From a virus (Duplodnaviria; Caudoviricetes): a stretch of DNA of 64,000 nucleotides. The stretch is from the IMG/VR virus record IMGVR_UViG_3300046820_001270, positions 160,001 to 224,000 of that record. One strand, written 5' to 3'. Under the pieces are notes generated by a model. The model was not told the DNA's origin. It saw only the letters and a list, made by a program, of their open reading frames with translations, and made no database searches. The position numbers were made by a program, and so were the translations under genes. Positions 29,753 through 38,324 of this stretch are shown here, piece by piece (position 1 is the stretch's first letter; every line of letters starts with the position of its first letter).

Positions 29753-30904
29753 ATGGAAAATGCAATAGATAGAAAAGCAAATAGACGAGCCCTTTATAAT
29801 AAAGTTTTTACACAGTTTACTAATAAGAAAAATATTACATTTACTTTTGAAGAATGGGAAAATTTATTTTTTCAAAATGAAGAAAACTGTGTTACGGGTA
29901 AGGCATCTCCTGCTGATGGAAATGGTTATGTAAAACAAGGAAATTTATTTGACATATTAACACATGTAAATAAAAGAGGAAAAATAATTAAAGACGAGTT
30001 TTTAAAAAATGGTAGTTCAGAATATAATTCATTGAGTGACAAAGTTACATTTGTAAAAATATACGCTTGTTTTGATTTTGATTGGACAACCACAAGTACC
30101 ACAAAATATTGTGGTAATGCTGAAAAATCTAAAACAGATACTAAAACTAACACTAACACTAGTACTAGCACAATAAATTTACCTGACTATATTGGAGCGT
30201 TTAAAACTAAAGAACGTGAAATATTAAATATTATAATGAGTGGTGAAAACGGTATACAAAAATTAAAAATTAATGCCGAACATTTACCTTCAGGAATGAA
30301 TAGTTTTTTCTTAGAACAATCATCGGATAAATATACTTTTGATGTAAAATTACCTTCAGATGTCTCCTCAAAGATTGTAGATTTACTTAAAGATAAAAAA
30401 TCAACTATAAAATTTGCAAATGACTTACAATCGTTTGATTATGATTTAGCGGGACTAAGAAAAGGTACCGCAACTAAAGTTAAGTATGTTGAGAATAAAA
30501 AAACAGACAATAAAAAAAAGGTACAAGACGATGATGACGATGATGATACTAATGATGGAAACGTTATTATAAACAAGAAAGTTTATAACTATCCTGATGT
30601 TAACGTTAAAGACGAACCACCTATAGAGGGTAATAGAGATTGCGACGATTATCCATTCAAACCTGGATGTATAAATGATGATATTGGAGATCTTAATCTA
30701 ATGTTTTTTAACGATCGTAGAGGTAACGTTTTTGGTACTCGTTTATTAAAAAAATTAAATTCAATGGGACTAATTAGTCCTAACGATAAAAATCCAGAAA
30801 TTACTCCAGAGATATTCAATCAAGTTATGAGTAAATTCAAGAAAAATGTAATTAAAGAATCGGTAAAAAAAGTTTTAAAAGAATATACCAATAAGAAAAA
30901 ATAA
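29753..30904 (+). CDS. Hypothetical protein with Thr/Asn and Asp tracts and a C-terminal IKESVKKVLKE motif
   Basis: Coupled ORF. Confidence 0.7.
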   Translation: MENAIDRKANRRALYNKVFTQFTNKKNITFTFEEWENLFFQNEENCVTGKASPADGNGYVKQGNLFDILTHVNKRGKIIKDEFLKNGSSEYNSLSDKVTFVKIYACFDFDWTTTSTTKYCGNAEKSKTDTKTNTNTSTSTINLPDYIGAFKTKEREILNIIMSGENGIQKLKINAEHLPSGMNSFFLEQSSDKYTFDVKLPSDVSSKIVDLLKDKKSTIKFANDLQSFDYDLAGLRKGTATKVKYVENKKTDNKKKVQDDDDDDDTNDGNVIINKKVYNYPDVNVKDEPPIEGNRDCDDYPFKPGCINDDIGDLNLMFFNDRRGNVFGTRLLKKLNSMGLISPNDKNPEITPEIFNQVMSKFKKNVIKESVKKVLKEYTNKKK

Positions 30905-30915
30905 CATATTTATAA

Positions 30916-31012
30916 ACAGAGTTTGGCGGTTTGGTCGCCGTTAAATGATAACTCTGTAAACGAAAAGGAGGTATTCTAAATCTCGACAAAGGGTCTTCGG
31001 ACCTTTTGTTGT
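30916..31012 (+). ncRNA. Candidate small RNA A
   Basis: TATTTATA at 30907; stem ACAGAGTT/AACTCTGT enclosing GGCG/CGCC; ends in a 10-bp C(UUCG)G hairpin plus T-rich tail; no ORF. Confidence 0.55.
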
Positions 31013-31019
31013 TTTATAG

Positions 31020-31043
31020 AAAAACCCATCCGAAGATGGGTTT
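31020..31043 (-). terminator. tmRNA terminator
   Basis: AAACCCATC-TTCG-GATGGGTTT followed by Ts on the minus strand. Confidence 0.8.
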
Positions 31044-31045
31044 AA

Positions 31046-31443
31046 GGTGGAGACGAAGGGAGTCGAACCCTTGTCTTTCCTGTTCAACAATAAATGACTA
31101 CACGTTTATTCAATTGGTTCTCAATTGACAAATAGAAGGTTAATATCAGGAAACCATCAATACTGTTCCTAACCGGATTTTCAAGAGCCGTCAAGTTTGC
31201 TCCAACACTCTAGGGTTATGTTCCACCGAAAGGACTTCTGTTCCTAGGTTATATGTCCGTCGACCCGTGCGTAGAGGCTAATCTAATTAGGCTGCTACTT
31301 TAGAAGTTGCAAGAATACCTGCAATTTCCATTGTGTTGTAAACGTTGTCGTTTAATTTTCTTCACCGTGGATTTAAGTCATAGATGAATTCTGACTACGT
31401 GCCATTTACCCCTGATACCTGAAATCAAATCCAAGGCGTCCCC
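31046..31443 (-). ncRNA. ssrA: tmRNA; predicted tag (A)DNVYNTMEIAGILATSKVAA*
   Basis: GGGGACG/CGTCTCC acceptor stem with G3-U70; T-arm AAGGG-TTCGACT-CCCTT; internal ORF ending GCA GCC TAA. Confidence 0.93.
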
Positions 31444-31456
31444 AGTAAATAGAATA

Positions 31457-31464
31457 CAAATATA
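31457..31464 (-). promoter_or_regulatory. Bacteroidota -7 element for the tmRNA
   Basis: TATATTTG 13 nt upstream of the mature 5' end. Confidence 0.65.
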
Positions 31465-31523
31465 GATAAAAAAGGGTTAAAAAACTAATTTTAACCCTGA
31501 ATAACCTATATGTTAGAAAAAAA

Positions 31524-31721
31524 TTACTTAGTAGTAGTTTTCTTAGCTTTTGGTGCTTTATCAGTTACTTTTTTAACTTTAGCTTTAACTTCCGCTACTT
31601 TCTCTTTTACAACTTTAACTTCGGCAACAACCTCAGTTTCTAATTGTTGTAATTCAACGGCCTTTTCAGCCATAGTTCCAGTACCTAAAAGTTTCTTAAT
31701 TAAATCAATAATTTTTTTCAT
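31524..31721 (-). CDS. Small Lys/Val/Ala-rich basic protein (start revised from 31748)
   Basis: Motif at 31735 precedes ATG 31721; histone-like tail. Confidence 0.65.
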   Translation of the reverse strand: MKKIIDLIKKLLGTGTMAEKAVELQQLETEVVAEVKVVKEKVAEVKAKVKKVTDKAPKAKKTTTK

Positions 31722-31754
31722 AATTTTTCTTTTATATAAATATATCAAAAATGA

Positions 31755-32435
31755 CTAAATTGTCAAGGGTAGTTGTTTTTCAAATAACGATTCAAACAGT
31801 AGTTTATTCTTTTCCCATTGCTTATTAGTCATACCTACAGATTTATGAGTAATCCCAAATTTGGTGGTTAAACCGACTTTAACACCTTCCATATAATTCT
31901 CAACACAGAATAAAATATCATAGAAATGAAACCCTTCAAACTGTTCGTTAAATTCCTTCTTTAGAATACTTTTATGAACCATAAAGAACAAACCATCCAC
32001 AATTACAACATCTTTAAGAACATCGTTAAATACCCCCTTAGAATAATGATTTACGTGTCTTTTACCCTCATGAAGATGACCAACTACGCCAAACATATTT
32101 TCACGGTTTTGCCACCACATTCCACTCGTTAATTTATCGGTCCCCGCAATCCCAATAATTCCATATTCAGGATGTTTCTCAAATAACTTAACAATCTTAG
32201 GTGTCATATTAGGTGTCTCCAAAATAAGGTCATCGTGCATGAAAACAACGATGTCGTTAACACTTTCTTTTAACCCTTTGTTATAGACTTGTGTTAAAGA
32301 CATTTCACCGTTATTTTCATACATCAATATTTCTGTATTTGGATGGGAAAACATTCTTTTTACATGATCGTAATATGTCGGATCAATTTTTCTTGTGGAT
32401 ATAACCACACTTACAACTTCATTATTCTTCGACAT
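31755..32435 (-). CDS. GT2-like glycosyltransferase
   Basis: VVFMHDD, GIIGIAG, VDGLF, GFHFYD. Confidence 0.8.
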   Translation of the reverse strand: MSKNNEVVSVVISTRKIDPTYYDHVKRMFSHPNTEILMYENNGEMSLTQVYNKGLKESVNDIVVFMHDDLILETPNMTPKIVKLFEKHPEYGIIGIAGTDKLTSGMWWQNRENMFGVVGHLHEGKRHVNHYSKGVFNDVLKDVVIVDGLFFMVHKSILKKEFNEQFEGFHFYDILFCVENYMEGVKVGLTTKFGITHKSVGMTNKQWEKNKLLFESLFEKQLPLTI

Positions 32436-33171
32436 ATAATACTTGTATTTTACCGTTAATTTCAACTAAGTCAACAACGATTGGTTTATTGGTTGGTTCA
32501 TATCCTGTGGTACATATCGCCGCATTTACAAATACAGTTTTTTTACCGTACTGAACCCCATATCCCTCGTGAATATGACCAAACACATTTACCAATGGAT
32601 TAATTTCACCAATTCTATTTATTAAACATTCACAACCAACGTGTGTATTTGGTTGTCTCCAATTATTAACTAAATCTCCATATCCATTAGGTGGACTATG
32701 TGTGATTAAAACATCCGTATCCTCAGGTATCATATTCCATTTCTCCTGTAATTCAGTTCCTAATCTCGGTAAGTTAAATGCCCAATCATAGAACCAAGGT
32801 TGCCAAGGACTACCATAAAATTTGATAGGTCTTGAAAATTCGGGAGTTTCAATTGTAATAAAACTGTCCTCTAAATAAGTCACGTCAGATTGTGATAAAT
32901 TTTCAGGAGACATTAAATGACTTAACCATTCATATGTACCTTTATAAGAAGGTTTATTAATTCTTTCAAAACAATAATCATGATTACCTGATATGAATAT
33001 TTTTTGATCCCATCCACCTAAGTTTTGAAACCAATCGATGAAATCTTTAACATCTTGTTCTCCACCTTTATTTGATAAATCTCCCGCATGAATTAATATA
33101 TCACCTTTTGGTAAAGGATGTTCCATCTGATGATGAAGGCTGTGGGTATCTGATATACATACTAATCTCAT
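32422..33171 (-). CDS. Calcineurin-like metallophosphoesterase (MPPED/239FB-like)
   Basis: CISDTH, IHAGD, GNHD, ITHSPP, FGHIHE; TATATTTG promoter at 33176-33183. Confidence 0.9.
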   Translation of the reverse strand: MRLVCISDTHSLHHQMEHPLPKGDILIHAGDLSNKGGEQDVKDFIDWFQNLGGWDQKIFISGNHDYCFERINKPSYKGTYEWLSHLMSPENLSQSDVTYLEDSFITIETPEFSRPIKFYGSPWQPWFYDWAFNLPRLGTELQEKWNMIPEDTDVLITHSPPNGYGDLVNNWRQPNTHVGCECLINRIGEINPLVNVFGHIHEGYGVQYGKKTVFVNAAICTTGYEPTNKPIVVDLVEINGKIQVLYVEE

Positions 33172-33204
33172 AAAACAAATATACAAATTATTTTCGAATA
33201 TGCA

Positions 33205-33232
33205 TAAAAAAAGTCAGAATTTCTTCTGACTT
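33205..33232 (-). terminator. Terminator downstream of the large ncRNA
   Basis: AAGTCAGAA-GAAA-TTCTGACTT followed by a T-tract. Confidence 0.85.
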
Positions 33233-33243
33233 AATTTTGTATA

Positions 33244-34115
33244 GGCCGTATGGTTTTACATACATTCACCACCACTTTGTTTTTCTAAACAAAGAAAATA
33301 AAACTCTGAGAATACAAGTTTTAACAATCGACTTAGGAACATTATTTGTTTCTTTCCCTTTCCACAACCTTTTGAGTTGTACCGATCAATGACGGTCAAT
33401 TAGATTAACCAATCCTAAAGTCATCAGATACTCTTTTATTACTTATTACTCAACAAATCTGCCGACCTGTTTCAACCTTGCGGGTTTAGAGAACTTTCTT
33501 AAAAATCATATTGGGATTGAGTCCCTTTATGGCCGTGAACCCCTCACGACTAAGTAGTCACCTGTCTCCAATGACTGACGAACACTTTTTCTTGTTATAT
33601 TTAAGTTGTTAAACCGTAATTAACAAAATTTAGTTATCCGAATTGGGAAAGTAGTGGTTCGTCACCTAGCCAAGTTATCTTTTGAACAACTCGATACTAA
33701 ACTACTCTCTGAAGTGTCCCCACCTCCATATTTTTGGTTTCCTTCGAGATTAAACCCTTGGTAGGATTTATTCAAGGACACTAACAGCACCACCTGTTTT
33801 TTGTCATACCTTCCATCTTACGATGCTACGGTTTTAAGACCACCATTGTATTGAATTACGCAATAATAAAGTCGGATAACTATACTTCTTACATTAATTC
33901 TATGGATTATTCTTATTGATGTTCCCATCTCAACCAAACAACTCGGATTGCTTGGTCATCCAACCCTTTCGCTACGGAGTTACCCTCACTACTTCAGGTT
34001 AAATGATATTCCACTTGTCTACTCGAGATCCATTTCTGAATCCGCAACTTACCCCAACCAAGGGTTTGTCACTTTATCCCACTTTCGTGGTTTATTTTAT
34101 TGACTATAGACGGCC
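33244..34115 (-). ncRNA. Large structured RNA, ~872 nt, probably GOLLD-class
   Basis: No credible ORF; own promoter (TATCTTTG 34167-34174), boxA-like site and terminator; ends pair (GGCCGT/ACGGCC); many hairpins with GNRA loops; adjacent to tRNAs. The family name is an inference. Confidence 0.7.
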
Positions 34116-34125
34116 AATATTTTTA

Positions 34126-34135
34126 TTCAAAGAAC
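34126..34135 (-). promoter_or_regulatory. boxA-like antitermination motif GTTCTTTGA
   Basis: Also at 37970-37979 and 38761-38770, always inside stable-RNA transcription units. Confidence 0.55.
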
Positions 34136-34205
34136 ATTATCTTTTGGGTTATTCACCCTTCTTTTACAAAGATAAGAAACTATTTCTAAAAAAAGAAATT
34201 ATTTC

Positions 34206-34430
34206 TTAATTATTTTCTACTTTATTTTTTTTAGACTGTTTTTTAGATGATACTTTATTATCACTTTTACCAGTTTTATATTCTGGATTCTTATAAAGTT
34301 TATATTCGGTTTTAGGTGCAAATGCCCAATTACCTCCTTTAACTCTTAAATCTGCTTCATTATTATCGATTCTTACCATTTCACCGATTTCATGACCCTT
34401 ACTTAATTTAATTAATTTAATACATTTCAT
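34206..34430 (-). CDS. Small basic protein with a canonical SD sequence
   Basis: GGAGGT 5 nt before ATG. Confidence 0.7.
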   Translation of the reverse strand: MKCIKLIKLSKGHEIGEMVRIDNNEADLRVKGGNWAFAPKTEYKLYKNPEYKTGKSDNKVSSKKQSKKNKVENN

Positions 34431-34484
34431 AGTTTACCTCCACGTTTTTTAAAAGATAAGTAATAATATTTTAAAAACAAAATT

Positions 34485-35663
34485 TTATTCACATTTTCCA
34501 CAATTTATTTTACAAACCTTTAGTTCGTTTCCACTACCTAAATCGTTATAAATAAACTTATCTAATATGTTGGTTTCCAATACTTCTTTTAATTTTTTAC
34601 CCTTCAATGAGAAGCTGTCAAATCCCAAATCTAACATTTTATTTAATATTTCTTTTTGAAACGAGTTTTCAAATCCATCCGAATAATTCATTGATATTGA
34701 TATATTAGGAGGTATTAAACAACACGGCATTATCATTTTATTATATGTAATAAATAAATGATAATCATCCGATTTAAGATCTGACGGATTTGAATAGTTT
34801 TTTGAATAACATGTTTGTTTTTTAATTAAATCAAAATTATTAATTTCATTTTGAGTAAAATTGTAATCGGTTCTCTCATACACTTTAGAAGTCCCTTTAA
34901 GTTCTTGTGATTTTTTAAAATCACCAATTTCTAATTCTTTAACAGGTATTGATGGAAGAGTATTTTTTAATTTTTCAAGGTCATCAAATTTCCATATTGT
35001 GTCATAGAATGGAGTATATTCTTCATTTTTAATTTCAGTTAAAAAATGAGTCAATTCACTTTTCATATTATGAACTGAAATTTTACCACCATTTGAAAAT
35101 GGTTTTTTAAGTAATAGATTACCTTTACCTAATGATTTAATAAAGTCAATCATCGGTATTATTTGATCCGTAGTTTCAGACCACATTAAAAATTGAATAA
35201 ATAACTTTTCTTTTTGACAATATTTGGTAAATGAATTGATGTTTTTAAGTATATTATCCCATTTAACATTAACCCTATATAATTCATTTTTTTCTCCAAT
35301 ACCATCTAACCCAAACATAATTTGCACACCTAATTTACCTAATTCTTCATAATCATTACTATTACCAATACCTCCATTGGTATTAATATTAACGGCAATT
35401 TTTGGGTTTAGTCGAATAAAGTATTTGATAATTTCTACCACATCTGGATTACCCATTGGATCTCCAAAATTACCACAAAGAGTTAATGTTTTTAAATTTG
35501 TTATTATGTCAATATCAATCGTATCAACAACATCATTTATTGACCAATATGTGTGTTCAAAATTACCGTAATGACCGAAACGTCTTCTTGAACAAACAGT
35601 ACAACCAGCATTACAAATTGATGAGATTTCAAAATCTAAATGTTGGATTGATTTTATGTTCAT
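34485..35663 (-). CDS. Radical SAM protein with C-terminal Cys cluster (SPASM/twitch-like)
   Basis: CNAGCTVC; MPCC; CKINCGKC. Confidence 0.88.
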   Translation of the reverse strand: MNIKSIQHLDFEISSICNAGCTVCSRRRFGHYGNFEHTYWSINDVVDTIDIDIITNLKTLTLCGNFGDPMGNPDVVEIIKYFIRLNPKIAVNINTNGGIGNSNDYEELGKLGVQIMFGLDGIGEKNELYRVNVKWDNILKNINSFTKYCQKEKLFIQFLMWSETTDQIIPMIDFIKSLGKGNLLLKKPFSNGGKISVHNMKSELTHFLTEIKNEEYTPFYDTIWKFDDLEKLKNTLPSIPVKELEIGDFKKSQELKGTSKVYERTDYNFTQNEINNFDLIKKQTCYSKNYSNPSDLKSDDYHLFITYNKMIMPCCLIPPNISISMNYSDGFENSFQKEILNKMLDLGFDSFSLKGKKLKEVLETNILDKFIYNDLGSGNELKVCKINCGKCE

Positions 35664-35809
35664 TTTTAAAATTTATTTTGAATGAGAATAATCAATAGGG
35701 ACAGTTCCTTCACTTCTGTCTTGTAACTCCGTACCAACTCAGCACTATTGATGTTTGATGGATGAAAAACATCTATTCTTCTTGTGGACTTCCATCGGAG
35801 TCCCATATC

Positions 35810-36040
35810 TTACAAAAATCTACTACCTTGTCTTCTTCTTGCTTCTTCAGCTTCTCTATACCAACGAATCCACGTTAATGCTACATCAATTGGTGCTAAG
35901 ACCCAAGCCATCATTATCACCATAATTGTATCTAACTCAGGTGAACCACCTGTTGGATCGTTAGAATACCTTTTGTTTAAATTTTTAAACAACTGGTATA
36001 AACAATAAATAATACAAATAACATAATAACCTAAAAACAT
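35810..36040 (-). CDS. Small membrane protein
   Basis: Two hydrophobic segments. Confidence 0.6.
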   Translation of the reverse strand: MFLGYYVICIIYCLYQLFKNLNKRYSNDPTGGSPELDTIMVIMMAWVLAPIDVALTWIRWYREAEEARRRQGSRFL

Positions 36041-36092
36041 AATATAAATTTTTTATAAATTACGAAAAATATCCCAAAAAACAAAATAACAT

Positions 36093-36908
36093 TTAAATTA
36101 ACATTTGCTTAAATTCCGTATCTGAAATTAATTTTTGATCATATCCAAAAAAATAAGACTCATTTGAGGTATACTGACATACTTTAGAATATTCATTTTT
36201 AGTTACTTTATCATTATAGTTTATGTTCAAATGATGTTCCCTTTGTCCATATAAATTTTTAAAATATGAATAGAATAACATAAACATAAAATTAAATTCA
36301 GCAGGAAAATCAGACAAAAACGGAAATTCTATAGTGTCAGTATTAAATGCAGTTTTTTTTAATTTATCATTAAACCCAATATTTTCTTTAATTATGGTGT
36401 TATTATTTGATTTAATAACATCGTTTATAGATTCAATTTTGATAAATTTAAAATTATTTTTAAATTTATTTTTATATAAAAGATTTAAATCTCCGTCAAG
36501 TACCTCTTCCTTAAAAAAAGAATTATCGTAAAAAAGTAATTGTGAACTCTGAGGTATGTAATGAAAATCATCACAAAATTGTAAAAATGTCCTATAATTT
36601 ATAATATACGAATTAATGTCAGTTATTTTGGAACTCCTTAAATAATCATTAATTTTTATTTTTTCCTCATGATCATTATCAAATTCAATCATTTGTTTCA
36701 TCCAAAAATATGAAGAAAAAAAACGATCAATAGGGTCTCGTGTAAAAATTATTTTTTTATCTAAAGATGTAGTTGTGTCAAATGAAAATTCAATTTCAAT
36801 TTTAAAATGTTGAAATAAATGACTTAATGTGGTATAAATTAAAGTATGTCCATTTTTAACAGGTATAAAAAAAGAGGTATTGTATTTCTTTAAATTAAGT
36901 ATTTCCAT
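36093..36908 (-). CDS. Sulfotransferase family 2-like protein
   Basis: FIPVKNGHT; RDPIDRFFSSY; HYIPQS. Confidence 0.7.
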   Translation of the reverse strand: MEILNLKKYNTSFFIPVKNGHTLIYTTLSHLFQHFKIEIEFSFDTTTSLDKKIIFTRDPIDRFFSSYFWMKQMIEFDNDHEEKIKINDYLRSSKITDINSYIINYRTFLQFCDDFHYIPQSSQLLFYDNSFFKEEVLDGDLNLLYKNKFKNNFKFIKIESINDVIKSNNNTIIKENIGFNDKLKKTAFNTDTIEFPFLSDFPAEFNFMFMLFYSYFKNLYGQREHHLNINYNDKVTKNEYSKVCQYTSNESYFFGYDQKLISDTEFKQMLI

Positions 36909-36925
36909 TATCTAATATATATCGG

Positions 36926-36997
36926 TATTCCCGACGGGATTCGAACCCGTATTACCTCCGTGAAAGGGAGGTGACCTAACCCTTAGTCGACAAGAAC
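36926..36997 (-). tRNA. tRNA-Glu(UUC)
   Basis: Cloverleaf, anticodon loop CTTTCAC, T-loop TTCGAAT; GU-rich acceptor stem. Confidence 0.88.
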
Positions 36998-37021
36998 AAA
37001 TAATCACTCAAATGGGTATTT

Positions 37022-37118
37022 GTTATAGTATCACAATCGGTGCACTGTACTCTGGTTAATTACTCCGTCTGTACCCAACAGCTTTATGTTGGCTTATAAT
37101 TGGCTACTTTACTATAAC
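37022..37118 (-). ncRNA. Candidate small structured RNA within the tRNA array
   Basis: 9-bp closing stem GTTATAGTA/TACTATAAC; CCAACA/TGTTGG hairpin; GG-AGTAATTAA-CC loop. Confidence 0.45.
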
Positions 37119-37149
37119 TCACATTTTTATTTGTGATTAAAAAAGATCC

Positions 37150-37258
37150 CGTTTTTTTTCTACATTTAGCCCAAGCACCAGTAGGTCAGTGTTTTGGGTT
37201 TTGACGCGAGAAGTCTACAAGGTTTCCCCATTAGACCGTTACCACGGGCAAACTCTAC
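37150..37258 (-). ncRNA. Candidate structured RNA with a possible pseudoknot
   Basis: CCGT/ACGG, GTCTA/TAGAC and CCCAA/TTGGG stems; loop CTAC complementary to downstream GTAG. Confidence 0.35.
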
Positions 37259-37260
37259 AG

Positions 37261-37347
37261 CGGAAGCGTAGGGATTTGAACCCCAGATACCTTTCGGTAT
37301 GCCAGTTTTCAAGACTGGTGCAATAAACCGGACTCTGCCACACTTCC
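37261..37347 (-). tRNA. tRNA-Ser(UGA)
   Basis: Cloverleaf with long variable arm, anticodon loop CTTGAAA. Confidence 0.93.
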
Positions 37348-37348
37348 A

Positions 37349-37909
37349 TTATTTATTAGAAACAATATATCCATTATATTCCAATACTTGAATACATTTT
37401 TCTAAAAATTCTTCTACAGAAATGTCACTTTTCATTTTATTTATCGAAAAACTTATTAATCCCGCATTTTCTATAGTGTTTTCACCACCTTTAGATGCCG
37501 GTGTAATATGATCAATACTATATGATTTAGTCTCATATAAATTAATTGGTTCACCCGATAAATAACATTTAGGTTCGTTTCCTATTTTTAACAAAAAATC
37601 TCCTATATTAAAAGTAAGTTCAGGTTTAGTAATTGATATTTTTGAACCTTCCCTTCTTTGAAAATCTCTAACTTTACTGAGAACTCTTTTACCTAAATTA
37701 TTCCTATATCTAAAATCATATAGTTTTTTTTGTAAAATAAATTCAGGTTTAGATGTTCTTTTAATACTTCTATTTTTTGTTTTTTCTTTTTGGTTATCAC
37801 CCAAATAATATGAAATTGTCGATTTACTACAATTCAATTCTTTCATTATTTTATTATAGGTATAACCTTCTTTTTTTAATTCAATAATTCTATTTCCAAG
37901 CTCTGTCAT
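37349..37909 (-). mobile_element. Free-standing HNH homing endonuclease (HTH + HNH) inside the tRNA array
   Basis: CSKSTISYY HTH; CYLSG..IDHITPASKGGENTIEN...N.MK. Confidence 0.85.
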
Positions 37910-37984
37910 GATATTCTTTATATATAAATATCAGGTTCGAACTAAAAAGTTAAAAATCGAACTTCTTATTTCAAAGAACGTTTG

Positions 37985-38058
37985 CGGAACAGACGAGACT
38001 CGAACTCGCGACCCCGGCAGTGACAGTGCCGTATTCTAACCAACTGAACTACCATTCC
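37985..38058 (-). tRNA. tRNA-Asp(GUC)
   Basis: Cloverleaf, anticodon loop CTGTCAC. Confidence 0.93.
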
Positions 38059-38063
38059 TAATT

Positions 38064-38153
38064 ATCACATCAAACAGGGATTCTACTTCCCGCAGCACGA
38101 AATTGTATCTTACTTAGCCCTACGTTAGCGGTATGGGTACCTGAAGATATGAT
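38064..38153 (-). ncRNA. Candidate structured RNA
   Basis: ATCATATC/GATGTGAT and CAGG/CCTG stems; CCC-TAC/GTA-GGG hairpin; CCGC/GCGG possible pseudoknot. Confidence 0.4.
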
Positions 38154-38156
38154 TTG

Positions 38157-38232
38157 TGGGTGAGTTTGGATTCGAACCAAAGACCTAAAGTTTATGAGAC
38201 TTTTGCTCTAAAACCAGCTGAGCTACACACCC
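38157..38232 (-). tRNA. tRNA with CAU anticodon (elongator Met or lysidine Ile2)
   Basis: Cloverleaf, loop CTCATAA, no initiator features. Confidence 0.88.
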
Positions 38233-38256
38233 TATTAGTCTTTTCCTTACCTCTTA

Positions 38257-38317
38257 ATAACCACATTGCCATCCCGGTGTTACTGCCGGGTGCTTACCAC
38301 TTGCGTGGAGTGATTAT
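38257..38317 (-). ncRNA. Candidate 3-way-junction RNA (~61 nt)
   Basis: ATAATCAC/GTGGTTAT; CCAC-GCAA-GTGG; CCCGG/CCGGG. Confidence 0.5.
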
Positions 38318-38324
38318 CACGTTG

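Noticed and set aside
33244-34115. RNase P RNA, rRNA fragment or group I/II intron as the identity of the large RNA
   Set aside because: No GAGGAAAGUCC P4 motif, no rRNA signature, no interrupted host gene and no intron core recognised
34003-34209. 68-aa ORF on the + strand
   Set aside because: Antisense to the large RNA's 5' end and promoter; no protein-like features
37150-38153. Theta/HDV-like, hatchet, pistol or twister ribozymes after tRNA 3' ends
   Set aside because: GAC-UUCUCGC-GUC and GGG-CUAA fragments resemble HDV elements, but P1, P1.1 and P2 could not be completed by eye; kept only as unassigned structured RNAs
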